This document shows positions 51,323 through 64,000 of a DNA stretch of 64,000 nt, piece after piece (the stretch's first letter is position 1; every line of letters begins with the position of its first letter). Made by a program: the position numbers and the translations under genes. Under the pieces are notes generated by a model that was given only the letters and a program-made list of their open reading frames with translations, was not told the DNA's origin and made no database searches. The DNA is from Eledone cirrhosa (taxonomy: Eukaryota). The stretch is from assembly GCA_964016885.1 (NCBI GenBank), contig OZ024741.1:178188001-178252000 (forward strand), given 5' to 3'.

Positions 51323-54300
51323 GTGTGTGTGCGTGTATATATATATATAAATATAGATATATTTGTGTGTGTAAATAGTCAATGGAGATTTGAAGATGCG
51401 CTTATTATTTGTTTATATACATCTGATAATACATAAATACATACATACATAACTACACACATATGTATAATTAATCTTTTTTTACCTTTTGTCTCAAACT
51501 GCTAATTTTACTATTCTCTGTTTTGTTATTGATATTAAACACTGCAATCTTTAGCAGGTATTTTTACATTTTGGATTTACATAGACATATCTTTGTGTTT
51601 TGCAGTATTTTACATTTAGTTTCATAGTATCCTTCACCGAACCTACCTATAATAAAGCACTCCATTCAGGACAACGATGACTACTGATATCGATATTATG
51701 CTTCGCTTGGTTCGCGTGTATACATTTTGTTTGCTAAGGTTTTGTTGGTTCATTCAGAGATGTTTGATGCCCATTTTTCTTCGGATAAATGTATCTTTGT
51801 TTTCCCCTGTACTATTCCTTGTAAGATGGACTCAATCAGTCGATTAGATCTTATGACATAATCGTATGTTCCTATCAATGGTTAGCATCTCTTTATAGTT
51901 TCCCGGATGTCCCTATACCACCTATCCTTAAGAGCGTACGTCTTGAACCTTTCCTTTTTGTTATTTTGAAAGTCGATGGGAAACGTAACAGTCCAGTACT
52001 TGGGTTGATTATTTCTATATATATATATATTTGTTTTCATGTTACATATATCGCACACTCTCATTCTTCCTTGGCAAAAAAGGCGGCTCTGTTTGGACCT
52101 GGAGAGGAGATCAGGCAGGTCAGGATTAGAATGCCAAACTGACTCATCCGACTCCATTAAGAATTAAGGGGACATACATATATATATATATATATATTAA
52201 ACCGCATTATACAATGTATCCTCTCTTTCATAAAACAGCAGAATTTGAGTCATTGATCGTTTGGCCCTTATTTCTATGCATGCCGAGCGACCACATACAT
52301 ATTCCTTTGCTGGCTCGTCATTGATGTGGTACATCCTTGTTATGTAGTGTTATGTAGACATTTTTCTTCAGCCATCCTCTATTTGCATTGGATTTCATTA
52401 AGGTTCTTGAAGGAAATGAAACAATTAATTACGACCCGCCCAGTTACTTTATTTTAAATAAGGTATTCTAATAGAACTCCACATTGATTCTTATTTTTGT
52501 TATAAAATGAAAAAGCAACTAAATTAAATGAAATAATTTGTCTAGTTCAGAAATTGCTTCAGAAAAAAAATTTATAAAGAATTGCATCAAAGAAAAACAA
52601 TGTTTTTAAACGAATTCTTATATAACACACTTGATTTGTAATCAACTATAATTAACTACCTTCATGGAAACCTGAAACTTTGCTATAAAGTGTTTGCAAG
52701 GGAGTGTTTATATGAAATTTAGATAATGAAAATAATGGAATTTATTCTATCAAACTTTTACAGTATGTTGTTTTTCTAACTGTTTCTCATCACATTAACA
52801 CTAAAAAGGTGTTCCTAATTGAAAAGTAATTTTATTTTGTTTCAATGTAAGCAAATAATTTCAATTGAAAGGAATTTACATCACAAACATGGCCTTAGTA
52901 ATATAGTTTCAAACATTTCAGACACGCTAATATAGTCTGGAAAATGTAGGTTATAAATCTAAAATCACAATGTTCGTGGTACTATATATGGTATAACTTA
53001 ACGGATGTGATGTTATAATACAAATGCTGGAAGACAAATATTTATGCACAACCGATATGTCTTGCACTCTACGCAGATAGTGTAATGCACTATGTTAGTT
53101 TTCTTCGGAGAATACTCGTTCATAATGTTGTATACGTGAACTCCATAAAGTGTTATATTTTTTTTTAATAGAGTCATGTTAGATTGCATAAATTTGATTT
53201 GAAGTTTGTTCTCCTTTCATTAAATTATCAGATAGTTTTCAGAAGAATGAGATACATGCATATCGTTATTGTTGTTGATTTACTCACTGCTAATAAAGAG
53301 CAGAAAAACATATGATAACAATCTTAGCTACCATTAAACTTACCATAGTTGAGATATTCCACATAGACAGGGGACACAGTCTGCCCCTCCCTTCCCTTTA
53401 TTTCCATTTTTTTTCATTATTATGCGAAATAAAATAGGAAAAAAATACAGCATTTTCGTCTTTCATTTTATAATATTCCCTTTAATATACCAATAAAATA
53501 GGATCGGAATAAAATTTGGTTGTTATGTCTAGTAAGTTGAGCGATTTCAATGTAGCCGCTTTTCGTGTAGTGTGTCAAATGTTTGAATGTTTGCAATTCA
53601 TTGAAGAAATCGTTAGGCTAGAAGGAAATTTCATCCAGAATGCTAATTGAATGTGATTTGAGAGATGTCTGCCCACTATTTATAGCAAATCGAGCAGCCA
53701 ACTACCATTGTAATCAAGCTTCCACTTTTTTGCCGGCTAGTGATAAATAACTGCTATAATGTCGATTAAACGTTCAAATTGCTTTCTATGTCATTGAACA
53801 TTTCCAATAATCTCTAGCGAACGATTTGCAGAGAATTTTTTCGAGACCAAGATATACATGTGTTTAGTTGCATTGAATAATAGAAGACATACAAGAGGCT
53901 ACAGTGTAACAATTTTTCATTGGAATATATACGAAGCAACTAAAGAGATACTCTGGAAAGATCAATTATATAAAGTAGAAGCGCCGGTGATCAAAATATA
54001 GGCTACCGGCAAGTGACTTCATTAAAACTCGCGTCTGAAACCATTCCAGTTCACTTACATTGACACTCAAGGCAAAAATCATTTATGTTAAAATTCCAAT
54101 TTTCTCTCTTTCTAATCTCTAAAGTACAGGACTTTGCTACCAGGTCAGAAATTACAATAGCATTAAACCCGTGAACATTAAAACACGGTTTAAGAAACAT
54201 TTTTATTTTCCTATTTGTAAAGTTGTCGTCAGTAAATAAGATATGTCCAAGATGATAGAATGTCGGCGCTTTAACTGAGATGTCCACATTTCATAGGTTA

Positions 54301-55524
54301 TCACATGTGTTGAACTATGTCTATGAACAAATCCCAAGAACATTTAATCAACAATTTACCTTTAGTAACTATCATTGGCAATGTATAACAGAATAGGTTC
54401 CGTACCTGAAAGTAATATCAACATTTTCTGTGAGGAATGTGCTTGGTGTCAATTAATAACACTATATTGCAACTGTTTTACTTATCTCAACCCGGTGCGA
54501 TATACCTCACGTAGACAAAGGAAATTAAATATTGAAGTTATTTAATTTTGGATGGTTTAGTTTCTTGTCTTCTATTCTCCCAGTTCAATACAATTTAGGC
54601 GTGCGTTTCGATAGTCAAACGCGATGGGTACATACGGGACAGAACAGACGAGAGACAAGCTAGGGGCATTAGCACAATACTCCATTACCACAATCATTAT
54701 AATAATACTACCACTTTGTATCGTGTATCTTGAACATTATGATCCCAGCGGAGTCAATCCCTCTCTATCCGCCAGAGAAAGAAAGTAATAGAGAAGAAGT
54801 AAGAAAGAGATATGGTGGAATAATCGACTCAAATACTGAGCTTGTAATTTTCTTCTTGACATTGGAGGGATTTGAACTCAGAGAGCAGAGAGCCGGAACG
54901 GATGAACAAAGCATTCTGTTTGACGTTTTACCTACAATCACAACCACAAATATCTGTATGACGATTACCATTTCGTTTTAAGAGTAGAAATGTTTATTCA
55001 AAATTAAGAATGATGTGCTAAAAATAGACGGTTAAATTTATAAAATAAGAATGGAAACAAAAGGAAATTTTGCTTATTCTGTATATTAAATGGAACCAGA
55101 ATTATTATGTCGAATAGATTGCCATTTCTATTCCTAATTGTATTGCAAATCCGGAGATATTTTAACAAATTCCGGAAAATAAAAATAAAAAGGTGGAAAT
55201 AATTGTCTTATTTCAAATCACCAAGAGAGAAAGAGTTACACAACCTTTCACCCATGAATTAGTTAAATCTGTTGCAAATCTCTAAATTAAATATAAACAC
55301 GCGATGATGTTCGTACATTAGAATTGTTGTTATTGTTCTAGGATACTGGCTTTTTATTCAATTCCTAAAGTTGCACACGTAGAAATTGTAAAACTAATCA
55401 ATTGTTTGTCATTTAGTAGAGAGTAAATACTTGTTCTAGTGTATCAGCTTCAGACCCGTATTAGTAGAAATATTGATTTCTAGTTCAGGCACAAGGTCAG
55501 CCTATTAGTAGTAATATTATGATG

Positions 55525-55670
55525 CAGGCTGACTGAGTGATTAAAAGAGTGCTTCACAAACATGGGTCACTGGTTCGGTACCCCCGTGTGTCATATTACG
55601 TGTAGTTGTGTAGCCACAAATCAACCCAGTCCTTGTGGGTGAATTGGATAGACTGAGGAAAAGAATCACC
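55525..55670 (+). mobile_element. degenerate SINE of another family
   Basis: tRNA-like head (GACTGAGTGATTAA..GGTTCGGTACC), then CCTTGTGGGTGAATTGGATAGACTGA. Confidence 0.5.
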
Positions 55671-56815
55671 AAAAGAAGGGGGGTGGGGGAGAATCCAGCC
55701 AGTGTAAACGATCCAAATAGACATCCATTCCTTGGAGTAGAAGGAACTCTCAGAAGATAGACTCTTAAGGAAATTGTTACTTGACGCTTATCCAAATGGG
55801 AATATTCGTAGAGCTTGGGATATTTCCCGCTTCGTCCTATGCAAATAATACACATGAGTACTAATCTCTCTTTCCCCTCTTATAAGCTCTAATCTGACTC
55901 GTCATCTAAATGATGCGGTAAAATGTTCACATAGTTCTTCTTTTGGGGAATATTAAAACAAAATAAATTTCACTGATGTACATTTGAACAAAATGAACAC
56001 TAACCACACAAATATCTGACTGCATATCAGTAACTTATTTAAGGAAAAATAATTTATACAAATTATACAGATAGTTATGGTTAAGGCATTGATGGCAGTG
56101 ATTGTTTTATTCATAGTCATGATGGTCCATGTTAAGCGCATGAATTCCTTTACTAGCAGTAATGGCAGATAAATTATACATATAAAAAAATCCATTCAAT
56201 ATCCCCAACTTGCTTGTTTATCAGTTAATTCCACCTTAATATTTAATTAACTTGTAGATGTCTAAGATTTAATAGAATTTATAAATGTATTTTAATATGA
56301 TTACGTTTTGGGGAATTTCGTCATGCTAAATGAACATTTTTATTTCATAGCATCAAAAAATCATTAATTTACATGCAATATTTTAGAAATATAATTGAAA
56401 AATGTCTATGGTAGGTACAGTTACGTTAGAATCGTAATATCTAGAAGAAAAGTATTCTTGCGGCATCTGTATTGATTTCTTTATTATTTATTACTTAATC
56501 TGTAATAATATTTGGCATAACAATTTTGAACAAGTTTAAAAGAATCAGTCATTGTCGCATTTTTATTTTTTCATATTTCCTTTTGGACTCAGATTCCTAT
56601 ATTTCTATGATCATCGGTAATGGAACTAAGTTCAGGAGTCACCTAACTCGAAACTATATCACTAATACGGCCGTCAATCAGAATTGAGTATGACTTGGTA
56701 CTAAGTATTACGCTTTCGCAAATAGTTTGAGGTGGCCATGCGGTCGTAGGCCAACATAAACACTTTTAAGATATCCCTAAATAGATCCAGCAGTTCATAG
56801 GAAGAACATTAACTA

Positions 56816-57015
<200 letters not shown>

Positions 57016-57018
57016 ATA

Positions 57019-59995
57019 TCGTAACAAAACAGGTCAAGGGAGATAACTCTAACCGGTGTTAGAGCAGCAATTCTCCATGTGACTTTTTATCCGTCATTTC
57101 TCTGTAGTTGCAGCTTTACCATTGTCGATACGCACAGTATCAGGTATGCAACGTTATTTTCCAGATGTTTGCTTGCTGCGCCTGCCCGCCTGGGTCGATT
57201 TGTGCCGGGTCTGGGATGCATGGTTAGTTTCCGGATGTTTTTTGCAGCGCCAGCCCGTCGGGGTTTTAAAATTTGGTGCAGGGCGACCCGGTTTACGGTT
57301 TTTTACTCCCCATTCTTATTCCATCTGGAGAAGGATATTTTTAAGCGGTGTGTACTGCTTATCGTTGATTCTGCTCTGATGTTGAAGAGCTCGTGGGGTG
57401 CTGGTATGATGTTGTAAAGCTCCATAATGCAAAGCTCACACTTTCTCTTGAAATTGTACGGTGCTGCTCTGCCGACAATTTCCTAGTGCGTAGAGAAGCT
57501 GATGTTTGAGTCTTTAAATGCTGTGATGTAGTTCGCGAGCGAAGTGGAGTGTCTTAGTTTCTTGTTTGCGAAAGAGTGGGGGTGTGTTCGAAATCTATTT
57601 TTGAACGGGTCAGAGGTAGCCCCTATATAAGGTTTACCGCTATTATGGCTAGTTACGGTACACCTATAACTAACTCTATCAGTCAGGCAGTTACCCCTAA
57701 GGGGGCAGCGTTCCCTGTCACGGCAGTTGCAATTTCGGTCGCGGCCCCTTTTAGTTCCTAAGGTAAGGCTATTATTATTGCTAACAAGCACATACACATG
57801 TTCTTCAACTCATACGGCCTATCCGTAACTATGGACCTCAACCACCAGATGGTCAATTTTCTGGACGTTACCCTGGAGTTGAGTACGGGCCTATACAAGC
57901 CATACCATAAGCCTGAAGAGAGCCTTTCGTATATTAATTATGCCTCCAACCACCCTAAGCTGACTCTCAACTCCATAGTTTATAGCATCTCACACAGGAT
58001 ATCGAAGATCTCCGCCAATGAGTATATCTTCCACCAAGCGGCAGATTACTACAATAAGGCCTTGATAAGCGCCGGGTTTAACCAAAGAATCTCCTACATC
58101 CCTAATGCTAGCTCCAGAAACCACCCCTCTCATAAGACTAACGTTATAGTAAGCCATACCTATAACTGATCACGCGGCGGCTTTGAAAGAGTCGGAAGTA
58201 ATAGTATAGAAAATCACACTAGAGAACACGGCCATATTGTTAATTACACTAGCGATAGTATTGGTAGCTTACCACACAATAAGGATCACGGCCCCGGTGA
58301 CAGTGACCAATGTAGCCTACTTGAATTATTCCCCTACTATAAGATCAAGGAAGGGGGTGGCCTACTACCAACGCTTTCCAACCAGCGTTTTGCTGTACCT
58401 AAACGTAGCAGAAAGAAGAGGAGTACACCCGAGCATAAAGCGAAAGGGAGACGTAACGGGTTACAACACAATAACAAGCATAAGAACGGTCACCCCGATA
58501 GCACAGCCCTTAGCAAAAGTACAAAGGCACGGAATCGCCACCGTAACGTTCTATGGTTCCATCCTCCCTACTCTCGGAGTGTGGCCTCCGACATACCCCT
58601 GATATTCTTCAAAGCCTAGAGAAGATCGTCCCACCCAACCATAAGTATAGGAAAATCCTGAATAGGAACAATATAAAAATATCCTTTTCTGCTACTCCTA
58701 ATCTAGCAGGCATCATAGGAACAACTAATCACAGTAAGATCACCAAGACACAGCACCTTAGCACCGACACACCTAAAGTGTCAACAAGTATATCGGCGCG
58801 GACGACTCCCTAGCAACACCCAATAGTGCTGGCAACAGCCACTACAGACGCAACCAACATAACCGCGACATGACTGGGGAACATGCAGGTGACCGCACGG
58901 GTCACCGGACTGCAACTGATGACGCTACTGCGTGCCGAATGATAATGGTACTACCCCGCACGCGGTGGGCTATAATGGTACCAACGATAGATGTAGGGAC
59001 ATAGGTAACAACATAGATAGCAATAATAATAGCCTTACCTTGGGAACTAGAAGGGACCGTGACCGAAATTGCAACTGCCGTGACAGGAGAAGCTGCCCCC
59101 TTAGGGGTAAGCTACCTGACGGATAGGGTTATTTATAGGTGCACCGTAACTAGCCGAAATAGCGTTAAACATTAATTAGTGGCTACCACTGACCCGTTCA
59201 AAAATAGATTTCAAACACATCTCCACTCTCTCGCAAACAAGAAACTAAGACCCTCCACTTCGCTCGCGAACTACATCACGGCATTAAAAGACTCAAACAT
59301 CAGCTTGTCCACGAACTGTGAAATTGTCGGCAGAGCAGCACCGTACAATTTCAAGAGAAAGTGTCAGCTTTGCATCATCGAGCTTTACCACATCATAACG
59401 GCACCCCACGAGCTCATCAACAGCAGAGCAGAATCGACGATAAGCTGTACACACCGCTTAAAAATATCCTTCTCCAGATGGAATAAGAATGGGGAGTAAA
59501 AAACCGTAAACCGGGTCGCCCTGCACCAAATTTTAAAACCCAGACGGGCAGACGTTGCAAAAAAACATCCGGAAACTAACCATGCATCCCAGACCCGGCA
59601 CAAATCGACCCAGGCGGGCAGGCGCAGCAAGCAAACATCTGGAAAATAACGTTGCATACCTTATCCTATGCGTATCGACAATGGTAAAGCTGCAACTACA
59701 AAGAAATGACGGATAAAAAGTCACATGGAGAATTGCTGCTCTAACACCGGTTAGAGTCATCTCCCTTGACCTACTGCAAAATCAATAGATGTTTTGTTGC
59801 GAAGAATGAGCTGTGACGTGGACTTATTTCTAAAAACTCATTCCGGTTCATGTAAGGAACGTTTTTTAGTTTTTATGCCCTTGAAAAGCCCTCGAGAACC
59901 CTTGAGAAGCCTTTGAGAAGCCTTTCGGGCGAAACGTATGTTAGTGTTATTTTAAATAAACATGTTTTAACGGTTTGTTCTCCTTTATATATATT
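57019..59995 (+). mobile_element. Penelope-like retroelement (Naiad-type): 5'-truncated copy 57783-59995 preceded by an inverted copy of its 3' part (57019-57782)
   Basis: VNFLDVTLEL..YKPYHKP..YINYASNHP, SHRISKIS, WFHPPYS, CNCRDRERCPLRGNC, YRCTV..YIGAT..FKNRF, CQLC..CTH. 57019-57782 is the reverse complement of ~59020-59802. Confidence 0.92.
59878..59947 (+). ncRNA. hammerhead-like motif (U3-A8 type) with a reiterated 5' half-core
   Basis: TTGAGAA-GCC-tttcg-GGC-GAA-ACGTATGT-T; preceded by three more TTGARAAGCC-like copies; AATAAA follows; stem I is poor. Confidence 0.55.
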
Positions 59996-60029
59996 TTTCC
60001 GCGTATATATATATATATATATACATCTA

Positions 60030-60221
60030 TATATGAAAACGGAGAAAGAGACGATTATGAGGAAGAAAAATATTTTTTTTTCCTTTTTTATTTCTCTCTC
60101 TCTTTTTCCTGGGTTGGAAAATGATTAAAACGAAATATTTTAGTTTGTGTGAAGTTTTAAGGTATTAGTTGATTTATTTATTATTTAACAATGGCATTTA
60201 TTTATCTATTTATATATTTAA

Positions 60222-60225
<4 letters not shown>
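60030..60225 (-). repeat. solo copy of the 3' tail of the Neptune-type PLE (44415-44605) inside (AT)n
   Basis: Reverse complement matches 44420-44607; both translate as ..ETIMRKKN..GLEND. Confidence 0.88.
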
Positions 60226-60252
<27 letters not shown>

Positions 60253-60256
<4 letters not shown>

Positions 60257-63200
60257 TCATCATCATCATCATCACCGTTTTACGTCCGTTCTTCCACGCT
60301 AGCATGGGTTAGACGGGTTGTCCTGTTGTGGGCAGTGTCTGGTCGGCTGACCATGCCTTGCTCATACAGGAACTGATCTGGCTTGATTTCTACAGCTGGA
60401 TGCCCTTCCTAACACCAACCTCATTTACAGTGAGTGCTGGGTGCTTTTTCGTGGCGCCTACACGTCCACTTTACAGTGTGGGCTGGGTGCTTTTTTGCCG
60501 TGGCACCTCCACGACCACCTTGCGGTGGGGGGGGGGCATATTGTTTATATGCTTCAGCATGTACCCATGGGAGGTCGGGTACCCTGTATTACTGCGTGAC
60601 GCCAGAAGTCACGGTCGTGTGTCATTGACTTTGAGAGGTGTAGTTGGGTAAGGTCGGCTTTTATCACCTCATCCCAAGTCATCTTGGGTCTCCCCACTCC
60701 GCGGTTTCCATCAACTTCTAGTGCTCTGCACCTTTTTATGCAGCTGTCATCCTTCATACGCATCACATGTCCATACCAGCGTAACCGCCTCTCCTGCACG
60801 CAGCATTTGATTCCTCTTATGCTCAGTCTCTCTCTCAATTCATTTAAGCTTTGTCGTTCACGTATATTACTGTTACACATCCATCGGAGCATGCAGGCTT
60901 CGTTTCTCTCTAATCTACGTAAGTCTTCCACCTTCAGCGCCCAGGTCTCACTACCATGCAACATCGCTGTTCGGATACACGCATCATACAGTCTGCCTTT
61001 CATTCTGAGGGAGAAGCCTTTTGCAGCTAGCAGTGGTAGTAGTTCCCTAAACTTCTTCCATCCCGTTCTTACCCTAGTTATTGTACTTTCTGAGCACCCA
61101 CCTCCGTTGCTAATTCGGTCACCTAGGTAGCAGAAGCTGTCTACTGTTTCTACAGGGCCCTCCCAGAGATTGGTGGTACTTGTTTCCTGTGGTTGTTTGC
61201 TTGCTGTTTCAGCACAGCTGCTGCATGTGAATCCTACATTCTTAATTAAGCTTCCTGAGATCCCGCTACATCTCTTGTGTACCCATTGTTTGCATTTGGG
61301 GCAGAGAATGGAGTTCCTACCTACACCTTTCCTACATACTGAGCAAGGCCATTTCCCTGAGGGGATCTGGGTTCTGTTTTCTCGTCTACTTATAAGGACC
61401 TTAGTCTTTGTCATGTTGACTTTGAGGCCCTTTCTCTCTAGTCCCTGCTTCCAGGTTTGGAATTTATTCTCTAGTTCTACCATAGATTCAGCTATGAGTG
61501 CGAGGTCATCAGCATACAGGAGTTCCCATGGGCATCCGGTCTTAAACTCCTCCGTTATTGCCTGCAGGACTATGATGAACAGGAGAGGGCTAAGAACAGA
61601 GCCCTGGTGGACCCCAACCTGTACGCTAAATTCCTCGCTATACTCATTGCCAATCCTAACTTTGCTGACTGCTCCCCTATACATGGCTTGTACCGCTTTC
61701 ACAAGCCATTCATCTACTCCTAGTTTTCTAAGAGCCCACCAGATTACTGCACGTGGAACTCTGTCAAAGGCTTTCTCAAGGTCGACAAATGCCAAGTAGA
61801 GTGGCTTACTTTTAGCTAGGTACTTTTCCTGTAATTGCCTCACAAGGAAGAGCGCATCAGTGGTCCCTTTCCCTGGAACAAACCCAAATTGCATCTCGTC
61901 TATATTCACCCGGTCCCTAATCAGCTGTGCTATAACTCTTTCTGTTACTTTCATGACCTGGTCCATCAACTTTATACCTCTATAGTTTCCTCTATCTAGT
62001 GCATCGCCTTTACCTTTGTAGCAGTTGACAATGATGCTACTGCACCAATCTTTTGGTATGGCCCCCTCTAGTATTACCTGGTTAACGATACGTGTGGTTA
62101 TAGTGTGACCTACAGACCCAGATGCCTTCAGCATCTCGGCAGCTATACCCGATGGACCGGTTGCCTTCCCTATCTTCATATCTCTGATTGCCTTACTTAC
62201 TACGCTGCCGCTGACTTGTACTGCTGGTCCCTCTATAGGGTCTACGTGGGGTAGGGTCTCTTCTTCCCATGCATTCTCCTCATTTAGTAATCTATCATAA
62301 TGACTCTTCCATGCATCTTTCTTCTCAGCACTTGTGAGGGCAAGCTCACCTTTATCATTCCGGATACACTTCTCTCCAATGACATCACAACTATCTCTGA
62401 CACACTGCCTCGCAATCTTGAATACCTCCTGTTTCTGGTCCTCACGTTGTAAAACATGCTTGAATTTTCTATCCTCTGCTTCCCTCCTAGCTAAGTATAC
62501 TTGTCGCCTAGCTTCCCTCTTGGTCTCTATGTAATGTACCCTGCTCCCCCCGTTCTTCCATTCTTTCCATGCCTGTCTCTTGGCCTTGACTGCTTCATCT
62601 ACCTTATTGTTCCACCACCAAGTCACTCTCCTCCTGCTTGAGGTCTTACTCCAGCCACAAACCTCATCCGTCGCCTCTAGTAAGTTATTTTTTAGGAACT
62701 CCCAGTTCTCTTCTACGTTAAATGTCTCTATCTGTTCTTCTTTACTGTCGTAGGCGTTGAGTAAAATATCTTTAAATCTGTTACTGGTTGAGGGGACTTT
62801 CAGCTTCCAGATCTTTCTTCTCCAGGTTGGCCTCTGTTTCAGGGCTCGTCTAGTTCTGACCGTGAGGTCGCTGACAACTAAGCTATGTTGGGATGTACAT
62901 TCCTCACTAGGGAAGGCTTTTGTGTTTACGACCGTCCATCTGTCACGTCCTCTGATGAGGATAAAATCTAACTGACTAGAGTGCTCCCCTGATCTATAGG
63001 TGATCAGGTGGTTGTCGGGTTTTTTAAAGTTTGTGTTACATATCGACATGTCATTGGCGTCGCAGAATTCTAGAAGTCTGAATCCTTCCTCATTCCTTGT
63101 GCCAACTCCATGGCCTCCATGTACTCTATTGAAGCCGTCGCAGTGTTTACCTACGTGTCCGTTAAAATCTCCTGCAATGATTAGGAAGTCCTTGTCGTCT

Positions 63201-63720
63201 GTTAGAGCAGTAGTGTGTATTAGGGACTCGTAAAACCTATCCTTAAGTTCGTCTGGCAGCCCCGATTGGGGTGCGTAAGCTGATATTATTGTGGTAATTG
63301 TCTTATTCAGGACTAGTCTGAGTTTAATGATTCTTGCATTTACCCTGTACACTGAGATTACTTTATCTACCCACTTGTCAGCTAATAGTATACCTACACC
63401 ACCCATCCCATCGTCATTTCCCACCCAGAAAAATTTGTAGCACTGGCTTTTTCTTACAAGGACTCTAGCAGACCCTCCTCTCCATCTAGTCTCTTGCACA
63501 CAGCATACATCAACTTCCTTTCGCTCTAGCATTTCTACGATTTCTCCTGCTCTTCCTTTCATTGAGCCTACATTGATGGTACCAACTCGGAGTTTTGGGC
63601 ATTTGTCGACACTCGTAGGGGAGGGTCTCTGGGTTGGCGCTTCACGTGGGTGCTTGGTAGCTCGCAGATTCATATTTCATCTATTGATTCAGAGTTGCTC
63701 GTGTATTCCCAGCTCATCCA
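60253..63720 (-). mobile_element. RTE-clade LINE, apparently full ORF, (GAT)n tail, inserted in (AT)n
   Basis: Single long ORF, ~280-nt 3' UTR and tail (ATC)n at 60253-60273 on plus. The 5' boundary is not defined. Confidence 0.93.
60554..63673 (-). CDS. RTE LINE polyprotein: APE endonuclease + reverse transcriptase + C4HC3 (PHD-like) finger, 1039 aa, uninterrupted
   Basis: EN: GTINVGS, VQETRW, AYAPQ, GDFNGH, LDFIL, SQH. RT: YRGIKL, QFGF, FVDLEKAFDRV, GVHQGSVLSP, LYADD, YLG. C-terminus: RLRWYGHVMRM..GRPKMTW. Confidence 0.95.
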   Translation of the reverse strand: MNLRATKHPREAPTQRPSPTSVDKCPKLRVGTINVGSMKGRAGEIVEMLERKEVDVCCVQETRWRGGSARVLVRKSQCYKFFWVGNDDGMGGVGILLADKWVDKVISVYRVNARIIKLRLVLNKTITTIISAYAPQSGLPDELKDRFYESLIHTTALTDDKDFLIIAGDFNGHVGKHCDGFNRVHGGHGVGTRNEEGFRLLEFCDANDMSICNTNFKKPDNHLITYRSGEHSSQLDFILIRGRDRWTVVNTKAFPSEECTSQHSLVVSDLTVRTRRALKQRPTWRRKIWKLKVPSTSNRFKDILLNAYDSKEEQIETFNVEENWEFLKNNLLEATDEVCGWSKTSSRRRVTWWWNNKVDEAVKAKRQAWKEWKNGGSRVHYIETKREARRQVYLARREAEDRKFKHVLQREDQKQEVFKIARQCVRDSCDVIGEKCIRNDKGELALTSAEKKDAWKSHYDRLLNEENAWEEETLPHVDPIEGPAVQVSGSVVSKAIRDMKIGKATGPSGIAAEMLKASGSVGHTITTRIVNQVILEGAIPKDWCSSIIVNCYKGKGDALDRGNYRGIKLMDQVMKVTERVIAQLIRDRVNIDEMQFGFVPGKGTTDALFLVRQLQEKYLAKSKPLYLAFVDLEKAFDRVPRAVIWWALRKLGVDEWLVKAVQAMYRGAVSKVRIGNEYSEEFSVQVGVHQGSVLSPLLFIIVLQAITEEFKTGCPWELLYADDLALIAESMVELENKFQTWKQGLERKGLKVNMTKTKVLISRRENRTQIPSGKWPCSVCRKGVGRNSILCPKCKQWVHKRCSGISGSLIKNVGFTCSSCAETASKQPQETSTTNLWEGPVETVDSFCYLGDRISNGGGCSESTITRVRTGWKKFRELLPLLAAKGFSLRMKGRLYDACIRTAMLHGSETWALKVEDLRRLERNEACMLRWMCNSNIRERQSLNELRERLSIRGIKCCVQERRLRWYGHVMRMKDDSCIKRCRALEVDGNRGVGRPKMTWDEVIKADLTQLHLSKSMTHDRDFWRHAVIQGTRPPMGTC

Positions 63721-64000
63721 TCCATAACGGTGGGAAAATTGAGGGCTAGAAGGACAGTGGTGGTGGGGTAATGGCAGGGTGTGTTGGGATGCGCCAGAGG
63801 AGGAGAGAGTTAGTTAGGCAGGTAGTAGCAGCAGCAGCAGTGGAAATGGCATGCTAGGTTTGATTGGTCGAATAGACTATGGTGGTGAGTGGGGGTGGGG
63901 GGGAGGGAAATTGTGAGGTAGGAACTGAGGGTCGCATGGTAAATATCCAAGTTAATACTACATCAGTAAAATTAACAATAATAACGTCATGAAAAAAGCT

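Noticed and set aside
3728-51382. Many ORFs rich in YIYI, HTHT, CVCV or ERER
   Set aside because: They are translations of (AT)n, (AC)n and (AG)n microsatellites, not genes.
51885-51935. Minus-strand CTCT-TAAGGA..GAAACTATA-AAGAG
   Set aside because: Too many core changes to call a ribozyme.
53500-54410. Minus-strand exon-like segments and a 78-aa ORF
   Set aside because: No recognisable domain, implausibly short putative intron and stops in neighbouring frames; possibly an old transposon.
60684-63233. Plus-strand ORFs overlapping the RTE ORF (and similar ones over the Tx1 element)
   Set aside because: Antisense shadow frames of a coding sequence with no independent motifs.

Overview
AT-rich, repeat-dense animal genomic DNA with no confidently identifiable host protein-coding gene. 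The tRNA-derived SINEs and the (AT)n/(AC)n/(AG)n load look like an Octopus-type cephalopod genome; this is recognition, not proof. Most ORFs in the track are microsatellite artefacts. Retroelements present: one apparently intact RTE-clade LINE (60554-63673, minus; APE endonuclease, RT and a C4HC3 PHD-like finger), a 5'-inverted RTE copy with a 12-bp TSD, a decayed Tx1/L1 pair and three Penelope-like (GIY-YIG) element remnants (two with the CxCx5Cx5C Naiad-type motif, one Neptune-type). Also present: two Tc1/mariner transposase relics, many SINEs and a ~3-kb tandem duplication. The most striking signal is non-coding. About 17 minimal type-I hammerhead ribozyme motifs (some intact, many degenerate) sit in short elements, most of them wedged into (AT)n tracts. 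Many of these elements are fold-back inverted repeats; wherever polarity can be read, the RNA-sense 3' ends point outward. All coordinates and pairings were read by eye and are approximate.
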